Below, in pieces: positions 50,410-62,029 of a DNA stretch of 64,000 nucleotides. The stretch covers positions 68,076,001 to 68,140,000 of the forward strand of contig NC_045696.1 in assembly GCF_009834535.1 (NCBI RefSeq). Reading direction: 5' to 3'. The notes below the pieces were generated by a model. It made no database searches. It was not told the DNA's origin and saw nothing but the letters and a program-made list of their open reading frames with translations. The DNA comes from Camelus ferus. Lineage: Eukaryota. Position numbers and translations under genes: made by a program. Numbering within the stretch: the stretch's first letter is position 1; each line of letters begins with the position of its first letter.

Positions 50410-50720
50410 GTCCCATGTCATCTTTGATGGTTTGGAGAATTTACAGACCAAGAGAGTAATATAACTGAAAACCATGTTATTAGAAGAATTAGAGTTTCTT
50501 ATCCTGGAGAAGATGTAATAAGGCCTTGCATGTTGTCTCCAAAGGTCTGGTGGGCTTCCATGGGGAGGAAGAGAGGATAGATTGTCATGGAGGCCCCAGA
50601 GGACAGATCTGACCAATGGTAGAAGTTATAGGGAGACAGACTTTGCCCCACCTTGACCCAAGACATTTCTCAGCAATTGAAGCTCTTTAAAAATGGAACA
50701 AACCGCCTCCAGGCAGAAAC
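50410..50720 (+). mobile_element. L3/CR1 LINE remnant (RT C-terminal region)
   Basis: cctggagaaga...gccccagaggacagatctgaccaatggtagaagttatagggagacagacttt...aaaaatggaac resembles mammalian L3. Confidence 0.7.
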
Positions 50721-51768
50721 TGGAAAACTGTTTACTAGGAATGCACAGGGAACAAGTTTGGGGTTTGTGATCTCGGAGGTCCTAGAAAGAACCCTGAGTT
50801 GTGAAACCCAGGCCCATCCAGTCTTCTGATGATCAGGGCTGCTGGAATAGCAGGTCTGAAGGCAGGGGCTGTGGGGGAGAATGGTGATCTCAGATGTGGG
50901 AAGCTCCCACTCTGCCCAAGTGGTGGAAAGTCTCACCTTCTTGCCCTCTGACCTCTTGCTGGAGAACCTTGTGCCTTAGGCTGAGCTGGAGCATCGGGAG
51001 CATCCCTTATGGTTCGGGCAAACATCTGTTTAGTGATCCTTTATTTAGTCATAAAGCCACAGATTCCCAGAGCTAGAGGGCACTTAGAGGTCATTCGGTC
51101 CAACTTGGCCATAGTCTAGGTGCAACAACAGTGAGATATGTGACTTGAATCACAACCACCATTAAATATTAGAGTTGGAAGAGAATCTTATGAGCCTCTG
51201 GCCATGCCCCTTCATTTTCCTGCAACCTGAGAAGGGGACTGGTTCCTAACCTCTCAAGGTGAGTGACAGCAAGGCTGAGACTAAACTCGCTTTCTCAGCA
51301 AGATTGTCTTGTTCATTACACATGTCACCTCCTTTTTCTCGCTGGGGGCCTGTTCTTTCTGTCCCACTAGAGACAGTGCCCTTTGCTGTGGGATGGAAAG
51401 AGGCTGGAACTGAGCTCACAGAGCACCAGCCCCGCCATGCACAGTGCCACCTTCACTCCGAGCTGGGCCTCGGGAAGGTGTGCAGCCCTGTCATGGCTGC
51501 AAGAAGGGTTCTCCAAGCACGAAGCAAAGTGTCGGTGTTTTATAAGCTGCAGCTCACATCACTGTGGTTTTCAAATAAACAGACTACACATTCTTTGGGG
51601 GTAATTCTACTTATTCATCCTTCCCTGGGTAGTTGTGTGTGTGTGTGTGTGTTACAAAGACCAGAGTTAGTATTATGGGTGGAAAATAGAATTTAGTATT
51701 GAAGAGAATTTATCCTTAGAATAGTTGAGAATTTTTAATGGAGTGAGAAGAGAAACCGCATTTGACTA

Positions 51769-51872
51769 TTTTCTTCCTCCTTCCTTTCCTTCTTTCTATC
51801 TTTCTTTTTGTTCTATCTCTCCTTCCTTCTTTCCCTCCCTCCCTTCCTTCTTTCCTTCCTTCCTTTCTTCCT
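51769..51872. repeat. ~100-bp polypyrimidine (TTCC/TCCC) low-complexity tract
   Basis: Nearly pure C/T on the + strand. Confidence 0.9.
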
Positions 51873-52958
51873 GAATTTTCCAACTCAGGGCTGCAGGTGC
51901 TCATCAACTGAACAAAGAGTGTCCTCACTCTAAAGACCTAGTACATATCGCTCTAATTTCAGGATGCTTTATTCTGCCTTTCAGCTTCTTTGCCCGTCCG
52001 AGAACACAACTCTAAAGAACTGGGCCATCAGACATTTTTCTTTGTGAAAGTTCGATACCCAAAGTCAGTACAAAATCCCTCTTAAGTCTGACTAACACAC
52101 TCATTTGTTCTGAAGGTATTCTCTCTGCAAGGCCTGGTGCTTGCAGTCACAAATACCAGAGGTTACCAAATGCCTTCTGTCTGTTTCAAAATTTCTATTC
52201 ACGATTGCTCACCACTCTTTGAGAAATTTTCCTTTCTCCACTGGAATTTTCCATAGAGTACTGTACCCTAAAGGTGAATTTTTCTGACGAGGAAATGCGA
52301 ATAGCCCATTTATAGATTTTTTAAAAATCGTGACTGTGCTTGCCATTTTTAGCAGGAAAAAAAATTCTGAAGCCAGAAGACCCACGTCTCCCACATCTAA
52401 TTGCCCTAGGAAGGGACTCTCTAGGGTAAGAATCAGTTTCCTCAAATGTACTCAAGAAAGAAGAGTTTGGAAACGACTGATTTCACCTCCTGAGAGAGTG
52501 GAATGAATGTGAAAGAGCAGGGACCTCCCTGGCTTGGAAGACCTGGGCTCATCTCGTTTGTTTTTTCCACTGTTTACAACTTAGACCACCAGGTCTACTG
52601 TTTGCAAACTGTGTGACCTTGAGCTTAGGTGACTTAATCTCTCTGTACGTCACATGGGGATAAGACTGCTCCATGACTCATAAGTTTTTTGTGAGGAATA
52701 AATGAGTTTGTTTAACAAATGATCAAAAGCATGGTGAGAGGAGTTCCTTGGTAACAGAAGGGCTGAAGCAGAGGCCTGGAGGCTGGAGTGAGGTGTGCGT
52801 GTGAGTGACAGGACAATGAGAAGAGAGGGCATCTGATCTGGTCAGGGCTGTGGTGAAGAGCAGTGGGGCAGCAGGCAGCCAGGACTGGCCAGACCTGCTC
52901 ACTGAGAGCCTTGGGAACATCAGGCTAACTGAGGATGCATCAGAAAGCTGGGATTCCT

Positions 52959-53082
52959 GGGGGCGTTCATAGCTCAGTGGTAGAGTGTTATGCTTAGCAT
53001 GCACGAGGTCCTGGGTCCAATCCCCAGTACCTATCCCCAGTACCTCCATAAAGAAAAATTAAAAGTAAATAAATTTAAAAAA
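52959..53082 (+). mobile_element. tRNA-derived SINE (Vic-1-like) with internal 13-bp duplication
   Basis: GGGGGCGTTCATAGCTCAGTGGTAGAG...GCTTAGCATGCACGAGGTCCTGGGTCCAATCCCCAGTACCT-ATCCCCAGTACCTCC and an A-rich tail. Flanking repeat AGCT(G/A)GGATTCC is consistent with a TSD. Confidence 0.9.
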
Positions 53083-54510
53083 TGGAGAGCTAGGATTCCC
53101 TCTTCTCAAACAAAGAAGTGGAATTCACAGCTAGGAGTAGAGAATGGGGTCAAATATTGATTTAGCGATTAAACCATATAACAAGTTTCCAGAATTGGAA
53201 AGAGCATTGGCCTGGAGGACAGGAGATTCCAACCTCGTCTCAGCGTTCTAGGAACTTGCTATGTGACTGCGGCAAATAAGTGGGCAAGTAACTGGCTCTT
53301 TCTAAGACTCTCTTTCCCTGTTGCTTAATAAAAGAAGCCGGGCTAGATTACTAGATTTTTTCCTCTGGTTCTGACATTCAGGGGTTTCTGATCTGTGAGC
53401 ATCCTCCTTAGTGCTTAACAAGGAGCGAAAAGATTGTGCTGAACTGCAATTGAAAAAAGAAAAAAAGTAAGAAAGAAAAAGAAAGGAAACCCTTAAGATG
53501 TAACAGAACTAGTGAGCGGTGCACCATTTCTAGCAATCCCTGGCAAGTGTTTCATAACAGTAGCAGCTTGCTTACCCCTTATGGAATATTTGTAGAAAAG
53601 GAGGTACAGATTGTGAGCAGGAAGACACTCGAGATGTTGAATATCTTTGAATGTCTGATAAGAAAAGGGAAAGGAGGAAATGGCATTTGATGGTAATTTT
53701 ATTCATTCAATAAACATATGTCAAGTGCATATTGTGAGCCTGTGCACCCGGCCCACGTGAATCCCACTTGATTTGGGTCCTCAAGAAGTCACAGTTTAGT
53801 GTAGGAGACAGACATGTAATAAAAAAATCCACTCTACAGACTTAGTGAAAAAAGAACTGGAGAAAGAAGAATTTCATCCCAACGTGGGGGATTAGGAACT
53901 CTTCCCACAGGGTGATGTTGAACTAGCCTTTAAACAATGAGTAAGGTTTTGATAGACTGAGAATGAGGAAAGGGGGGCATTCCAGGCTGACATAATGATA
54001 TGAATAAAGGATTGCAAGTGGGAAAGTCTGGGTGTTTTTAGGCCATGGAGGTAGGCCGCGTTGGTGAAACAGAAGCATGGGAGACCACGGAGAAGTGACT
54101 GGGAAAGTAGGATTCGTTTGTTTTCTTTTCTTAGTTGCTTTAATTGTGATTAACTTGCCTGTGATTCTTACTAGAGAACTTGACCCCCTCTTCACTTGTG
54201 GGACAAAGAACCATTAATAAAACTCTCAGGAAGATGATGCTAGTATTTAATAATCCAGCCAAGGTGTGATCCGCAAGTTGGGAGAACAGAGTCCTATGGA
54301 AATGACTGAGATTCTCAAGAAATGGATCTTGGCTTTCATTGTCTGGCTTGTTATTAATAGTAAGAAATCATCTTGTGCTCAGAGTGACAGACTGGGGACT
54401 CAGTGATTGTGGTTAGGGGACTTGGAGAAGCCAATCTGTATCTTCGGGTCTCTCTAGATGGTCGACCTGCAGTGAGTTAAGGGTGATTTTCAAAAACAAA
54501 GATTCTGAGC

Positions 54511-54646
54511 GGGATGGTATATCTTGGTGGTTCAGTGCGTGCTTAGCATGCATGAGATCCTGGGTTCAATCCCGAGTACCTCCATTAAAAAAATAAAAAA
54601 TAACAAATAAGTAAACAAACCTAATTACCACCTCCCCCAAAATTAA
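54511..54646 (+). mobile_element. tRNA-derived SINE (Vic-1-like, long-tail form)
   Basis: Same body as the other two copies, with tail AAATAAGTAAACAAACCTAATTACCACCTCCCCC. Flanked by the direct repeat AAAGATTCT. Confidence 0.85.
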
Positions 54647-56849
54647 AGATTCTAGGGCTACATAGTCAAAGCTCATTTGACTCTGTTGCAAATGAACCCT
54701 GTGACCTTAGGCCCAATCACCATGACCTCAACATGAACTTTTGTTGGCTTAGCCTCTTCCTCAGAAAACTGTGGCAATGCCCTGAGTCACCGTGGGAGGC
54801 CCAGGGCAGGGGTAGGGTGGGAGGGTGGGGGTGGGGGTGAGCCAGTTCTGCTGCTTAACCTCCTGGTGCTTCACTTTATTTCAGCTCTAAGTTGTGGTTG
54901 ATAATGTCCTCAAGATAGGTCAAATGAGGTGCTATGTGACAGTGCCCGGCTTATAGGAGCTACTCCATAATGCTAGATGAAGCCAGATAAAGTCAAATTT
55001 CAATTCACTATGACCCCTTGAATTAGAGAAGCTGACATGAATGTGCAGGATTATGCTTAATTGAGGGAAAATGAGTTCCCTGACAGAAGAAGAGCAAACA
55101 GCCATTATACAGAAGGGGGGATGACTGCTTATGCTCAAAATAATTATCATAGTGCCTTACAAACATCAGAAGGTATTATGCAAAGAATGCACAAATCAGA
55201 AATTAGCATAAGTTAAACATTATTTAATGATACGTTACTATCAAAATTCCTTCAGCCTTTTCCACAGTTCTTTGTCTCAACACTGTAACTGTGTAAACTT
55301 AAGCAAGATCGCATACATTGGAGCCACGATCTTCTCATGTGTAAAATCTAGATGTTTAGAAGAAATGATCTCTAAGATCTCACCCAGCTCTAAATTCTCA
55401 GACTCTAGCATTTTTAACTCAATGCAAAACCTCTTACATTAAAATGTATATATATATGTAAAGTCACTGCATTTACGTGCAATAAGCATTGGGACATCCT
55501 ACGGAAGCGCTATCTCAATACCAGCTGTCAGGCATCAGAAAGGATATTACTGTAAGGACTAGGGGTATGGGGCTGTGTGTAAATAGCTTTTTTCCATTCC
55601 CACTGAAGACAGAGCCAAAGCAAATGCACTTCAATTGCGTAAGGGAAGTCTTTCCAACTATCTGAAGTGTGTAACCCAGGAACAGTTACCAAAGAGAGCT
55701 TGGGAAATCAGATCTTTAAGAATAGCAGAGCAGAGAGTTTTAGCAAAGGGCTTTGTGAAGGTCTTCCCAGCCCATTAGCTTTCAGGCACATGTCTGTGCT
55801 AGGTTGGCTGTCAGGCACCTCCCGGCTCTGTATCCTGGCCTGGTTCAAGTTCTCATCACTTTCACTCAATGTTACTAGGGAGTATGACTCACAGCCAAAT
55901 GGGGTGAGCTGGACTCCCAGTTGCTCAATGTTTTATTATAAGCAGTCAGATGACACTGCGGATGGTGCTAACATGCTTCACAATGAGTTTGATTAGCTGG
56001 TCTTTGCAATTGTTCTGAAGCACGTTTGCTGTTTCCCTGTGTGTTTAAAGATGGAAATGCTGACAACCAGAGAGAGGAGGGCAAAATCAAAGATGGCACT
56101 GGAATGCATAACTTCCCAAGTCTGAGCCCTTAACTTGGGATTTAGCTATCCACGTAACCTAGTAAGTCCTGTTAAGTCCTAACATGCCCCTATTTAACAA
56201 ATAGAAGAAATGGATCATGAGAGTGTGGGGAATAGGAGAATACATAATCTATACACCGGAGAATTTCACTATGCATATCCCAGAGATAGAAGGAAAATAT
56301 AGAAAATCCAGCCAAGTGCTGGAAAGATTTGATGCCATTTGAATCACTGTGACAGAGGTAAACATGGTCTTTGGCTTGTGCCAAGATGTGTGCCCTGGGT
56401 GCCTGGGACCATGGACCTGTGGGAGTATGTCCACTATGTTCTTCCTTGAAAACCCAGGAAAATAATGTGATGCAGGAGAGGGTTTCAGAGACCTGTATTT
56501 TAGTCCTGACAGTGCCATGAACTTCTGTGGGAACTTGGGCAAGTCCCTTGTGGCTCTGAGCCTCAGTTTCCTTCTCTGTGTTAAGTCAAGTCTGTAGATG
56601 CTGGGGAGTAGGAGTTGTGGTCAGTTCATAGGTGAGCAGCCTCTTTCTGCTCCAGTGGCAGCGAGCAACATCACTGTGGACGTGTGGATGCTTCTAGGGC
56701 CACGTGCTATTGCAAGATGGGTCTCACAGCCACTGGAGGACCATGAAGACCAGGATCACCCAGGATTATCAGACCTCAGCCAGCACCACCATGGCCCGGC
56801 AGCGCCATGTACAGAGTGGGTATTCAGCAAGTGTCTGTTACGAGAATGC

Positions 56850-57830
56850 ATGAGGCTCAGCTATGGACAACAAAGAGCTGAAAAACAGTGGTGTGTACAA
56901 GACAGAAATTTATTTCTCTGCCACTGTGGGATAGGCCTCACAAAGACATCCATGTCCTATAATCTCCAGAACCTGTGAATATCTTAGGTTGGGTGGCAAA
57001 GGGGAATTAAGGAGGCAGTTGGAATTAAGATTGTTAATAAACTGACCTTAAAATATGGAGATCATCCAGGATCCAGGTGGGCCCAGTGTAATCCCAAGGG
57101 TCCTTAATAGTGGAAGTGGGAACTGGAAGAGGAACCCAGAGTGATGGCAGCATAAGAAGGATTGGCCTGACACTGCTGGCTTTGAAGGTAGAACAAGAGG
57201 GCCATGATCCAAGGAAAGTGGGTAGCTTCTAGAAACTGGAAAAAACAAGGAAACAAAATTTCCCCTATGTCTTCAGAAAAGAATGCCCCCTGCTGATACC
57301 ATGATCTTACCCAGTGAATCCCTGTCAGACTGCTGATCTGTAGAACTGTGTGATGGGGAAAAAATCATGTTGGAAATCATGTAAATTTGGAGTAATTAAT
57401 CAGAGCAGCAATCAGAAACTAATACAATCACTTAAAAGACATTTGAAGTAGGCAGCCTGAGATAGGGGGTTACAGTCCCAGGAATCAGGGACCCAAGCTC
57501 CTTCTCTCTTATTGCTTTAATGTGTGACATTCATTCTCAAGGTTGCCTCAAGGACAAAGATGGCTGCTGGAGCTCCAACCATTACATCTACAGTCTGAGT
57601 AGAAGAAAGGGTGAAAAGAGGAGAAGTTCTTCCTCTAAGGAGAATTTCTGGAAGTCATGCATACATCTGCTGACTTTTCCCTGACTAGGACTTAGTCATC
57701 TGGGCACATCAAGCAGCAGGACAGGCTGGGAAATCCAGCTGACTGCTTCTGTGCCCAGTCAAAAACCAGGGTAATTACTGAAAATGAGACACTAGATGTT
57801 GGGAAGCAACTAACAGACTCTGGCCCAATA
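56850..57830 (-). mobile_element. Older MLT1 (MLT1I/J-like) LTR split by the MLT1D insertion
   Basis: Left piece aacagtggtgtgtacaagacagaaatttatttctct. Right piece caagatggctgctggagctccaaccattacatc...gcagcaggacaggctgggaaatcc. Confidence 0.65.
56925..57426 (+). mobile_element. MLT1D-like LTR nested in an older MLT1
   Basis: TGTGGGATAGG...gaacctgtgaatat...ggtgggcccagtgtaatcccaagggtcctt...tctagaaactggaaaaaacaaggaaac...gcagcaatcagaaactaatACA. Confidence 0.85.
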
Positions 57831-59169
57831 ATGACCATCTTTTTTTCTCTCTTTAAAACAGACTTCTGAGAATCCAAATTCTACTCTCAAACCCTGCTTT
57901 TGACACACAGTGAAAAAGCATGTGGACTCTCAGTGTAACAGTTACTTGTCTTCTAACCCTTCCATTCTGGCCTAACATACACTTTCAGCCCTCCTCTCCA
58001 CTTGGCTGCCTTTCAGAGCTTATCGCTCTCTACCTCGACTGCCCCTGGCTTTGTTCAGGCAGAGACTCATCACCTCTTCTGGATTCTTTCTGAAGCACTT
58101 AGCACTCTGTTGAGGCAGATGGACTAGATATAATTACACCCAATGTCCTCTACATGAGGAAAGAGAAATGCAGGAGGTGAAGTGACTTGCCCAAGACCCC
58201 AGGTGGTGGATGGAGCAATGCTGAAAGGTGCTTGGCTGGGTGTAGGCTGCCTAATTGCACCAGAGTCCTCCTCCACTGCTAACCAGACCTCTGGATGAGA
58301 AATCAAGATACTGATCATATTCTGGGATAAGTTTTTAAATTTCTCCAAAACTGTGACAATTTATAATCTATTATCTGTTATAATGAGCAATGGAGCAGAA
58401 GTGGGAGAAGAAGAGACAGAAAACAAGGAGAAGTATCAGCTGTAAGGTGGGTGTCCTCTTCTCAGAATCTGTGTTGACATGCTGGTATTCCCCGGATGGA
58501 ATTTCTCCATAAATCCACTGTCCTACCCCCCACTCCCAGCCCCAAAGTCTCTATGTTTCCAGGCTAGAAATATTGGGATTATCTTTTATTCCTCTCTCTC
58601 TTACCAGCCGCTTTACCTTGACCCCCATCATCTAGTTAATGCCAAATCCTATAGATTATACGTCAGCAATGCTTCTTTTTTCCATTTCCTACTTGTCATC
58701 CCCACTGCCGCCATTCTTCTGTTTTATATTTCGGGGGCTGCCCAAGAGTCTAGCTTCCTCCTGCCTGTCCCTGCTTTCTTTTTTCCTACAATGCTGTCAG
58801 ACTAACTTTCTCAAATGTAGCTACTGTTTCCACCACTCAGAAAACTTCAGTCTCTCCTGTTACTCCAGAACGTAGTCTAAACCCTTTCCTGTTTGGCTGC
58901 CCTCACACTGTGCCATTTAAATGGAGTCCCTTTTCCCGATCAACATGCAATATCCAAATTTTACACAATTGTCAAAACTGGCAGATTTCTCTATGAAACT
59001 TTTTTTGGATATCTGTCCCCATATACCCAGTCTGGGAGCAATTCCTCCTCCTCAATTATGATCTTCTAAAATTTTATTTTTCTATTTGTAATTGCACATT
59101 TATTTGCATAATTATTGAGCTAAAGCCTATTCCTCCATTCCTTGTGTAAGTACTATGAAGACATGGTCA

Positions 59170-59880
59170 CCAAGCAAGGATGTGGAGAAGAGGGACCCCT
59201 AGTACACTAACACATTGGTGGGAAGGTAAATTGGTACAGCCACTTCAGAAAACTCTATGGCAGTTCCTCAAGACATTAAAAATAGAACTACCATATGATT
59301 CAGCAATTTCACTCTTGAGTATTTTTTTGAAGAAAATGAAAACACTAATTTGAAAAGATACATGCATCACAATGTTCATACAGCATTACTCACAATACCT
59401 AAGATATGGAAGCAACCAAAGTATTCATCAACAGGTGAATGGATAAAGAAAATATGGTAGACGCACACACACACAAACACACACACACACACACACAGGA
59501 ATATTACTCAGCCAGAAAAAAGAATGAAGTTCTGCTATTTGCAACAACATGGATGGACCCAGAGTGTATTATTAGTGAAATAAGCCAGGCGGAGAAAGAC
59601 AAATGCTGTATGTTATCATTTATATGTGGAATCTAAATAATAAAACATATGAATAAATTAATAAAACAGAAATACATTTACAGATACAGAGAACAAACTA
59701 GTAGGTTATCAGTGGGGAGAGGGAAAGGAGGAGGGGTATGAAAAGTATGGGATTAAGAGATTAGCTATATATAAAATATATAAGCAACAAGGTTATATTA
59801 CACAAGGAATATAGCCAATATTTTATAATAACTTTAAATGGAGTATAGTCTATAAAAATACTGAAGCACATGAGAAAAAA
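59170..59880 (+). mobile_element. Older L1 ORF2 end + 3'UTR with internal (CA)n
   Basis: caaggatgtggagaa...aaattggtacagccac...aatagaactaccatatgattcagcaatttcactcttg...tttgcaacaacatggatggac. (CA)n at ~59463-59497. Confidence 0.85.
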
Positions 59881-61619
59881 GACATGGTTAGCATTGTATG
59901 ACCAGTGCATAGTGCCTGGCACATTATAAGTACTCCATAAATATTTCTTGAGTGAATAAATGAATGCAGCAGCTGGGTTAATTCCCATGGTTACCTGGCC
60001 ATATCTGTATGACTTGAATATTTATATAAAGAAATATACTATAGGTACATAAAGATATCTATACATACAGATGTATCTACCTCTAATACACACACACACA
60101 CATATGTATAGAAAGAGAGAGAGAGACTGAGGCTCCTCACACCCCACCTACCCTCAACTAAGCAAACAATCAACAAAGACGTAAGCAAAATCATTCTGAA
60201 TAAGAAGCACAAGTGGGGTAGAATTTAACAGATTTTGAAAAGGCTCCTACGGTGATTTCGTTGATTTCGAGAGGAATGCTCTCTCATCCCCGCCTCTTCT
60301 GCCCCTGCCCCTGAGGGGGCTTCACATTCACTTTCTACCTTGTGTTCAAGTTATTTGTGTGTGTGCCTTTCTCTGCTCATTCCAGACGAAACTCGTAAAG
60401 TAACTGATTGTGTCTAACTCATCTCTGGTTCTCTACCCTCCAGCACCTTGGACGTGTCACACATTCAGACAGTGACAGACAAACCAACCAGATGCTATGG
60501 AGGACTACGTGTTGTAAAAGTTGGGAACATTGTTTTCTTCTCTTACCCAGAGCAAAAGAATATTTAGAAAGCCCAGCCTCTTGCCTCTGCCAGAGAGAGC
60601 CCTTTTGATCAAGAGATGCTTGGTTATACCCAAAAAAGTTTCAAAGCAAGGGCCAGACATTTCAGAAGATGATCAGATGGCCCTGCAGATAGTATTCACT
60701 GACTAACAGGGATGTTTCAACTGCCCGTGCTAGAATTGGTGCTAGAGGCTAATGTCTCGCTTGTCTTGCCTCATTAGAAAGTCTTTCTCTTTCCAAGACA
60801 AGTTTCAGGAAAAGAAGAAAGAGAAACAAAGAGGGAAAAAAGACAGCTGCTAGGTTGCCACCCGAGGGGAGCAGGGTCTAAAGATGAAGGATGCAGTCGA
60901 AGAACGGACTGAGGCACTCACCTTTCATCTCTTTTTAGTACTACTTCACGCTCCCGTGTCAAGCTTCATTTCCTATTAGGACCCTTTCAAAGACAGGAGC
61001 TTGCTTTTCTTTTGCCTTCCCTAAGCTTCCAAAGGGATTTCTGATCTCTTCGGGCTAGAACTAGCTGAGTGGGGCCGTGACCTCTCTCTTGCCCGCCACT
61101 CTGAGGAGGGTGGGAAAGCAGAGAAGGTGAGGGCAGGCAGCTACCTGGCAGTGGGAGTAGGGAGTGCTCTGCCCCAGCTAGCATCACAGAGAGAGTCTGA
61201 GGCTCTCCTCTGGATTCTGGCATCAGAGCCTGGTTCACCGCATGCTGTGGGGGTGCAGGGAAGAGGAAAAAGCAGCATTGCAGTGAATTTCTCACTTTCC
61301 ACACAGAGAGAGGGCAGGGGACGGGCGGGGGGCGGGCAAGGCTACAAGTGACAACACGCAGTGGGTAATCCCACATCCGCACACAGAAACATCTGCTGAA
61401 ACCTTGGTGTAGAGCTGGTTTGGGGTCTGGAAGAGACTGGCTTGGAAAGAAATATTTGTTCTTGATTTTTTTACAGAGTGGAGGAGTGAGAGTTGACCCA
61501 TTTGTTTTGACAAAATGTAATTGTAAAATTGTCATACTCCTCCTTATACTTCCTACTGCTGAAAAAGTGCTTAATTCAGGGTTGCTTGGCCATTGGTGTC
61601 TTGATCCTAAACTCACTTT

Positions 61620-62029
61620 TTCTTAAACTGAAGTACAGTTGATTTACAACATTGTGTTAGTTTCTGGTGTACAGCATAGTGATTCAGTTATACACTTTTT
61701 TCATTTTCTTTTTCATTATAGGTTATTAAAGATATTGAATGTAGTTTCCTGTGCTCTACAGTAGGTCCTTGTTGTTTATCTACTTTATATAAAGTAGTTT
61801 GTATCTGCTAATCCCAAACTCCTAATTTATCCCTCCCCCCCTACTTTCCCCTTTGGTAACTATAAATTTCTTTTCTATTTCTGTGAGTCTGTTTCTGTTT
61901 TGTAAATAAGTTCATTTGTGTCATTTTTTTAACATTCCACATATAGGTGATATCAAATGATATTTGCCTTTGTCTGTCTGACTTACTTCACTTAGTGTGA
62001 TAATCTCTAGGTCCATCCATGTTGCTGTA
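61620..62029 (-). mobile_element. 5'-truncated L1 3' end with perfect 12-bp TSD
   Basis: Reverse L1 3'UTR flanked by TAAACTCACTTT at 61608-61619 and 62030-62041. Confidence 0.92.

Noticed and set aside
12152-54646. tRNA-gene-like sequences at 12152, 52959 and 54511
   Set aside because: They have A/B boxes but no closed cloverleaf or acceptor stem, and carry A-rich tails and TSD-like flanks, so they are SINEs rather than tRNA genes.
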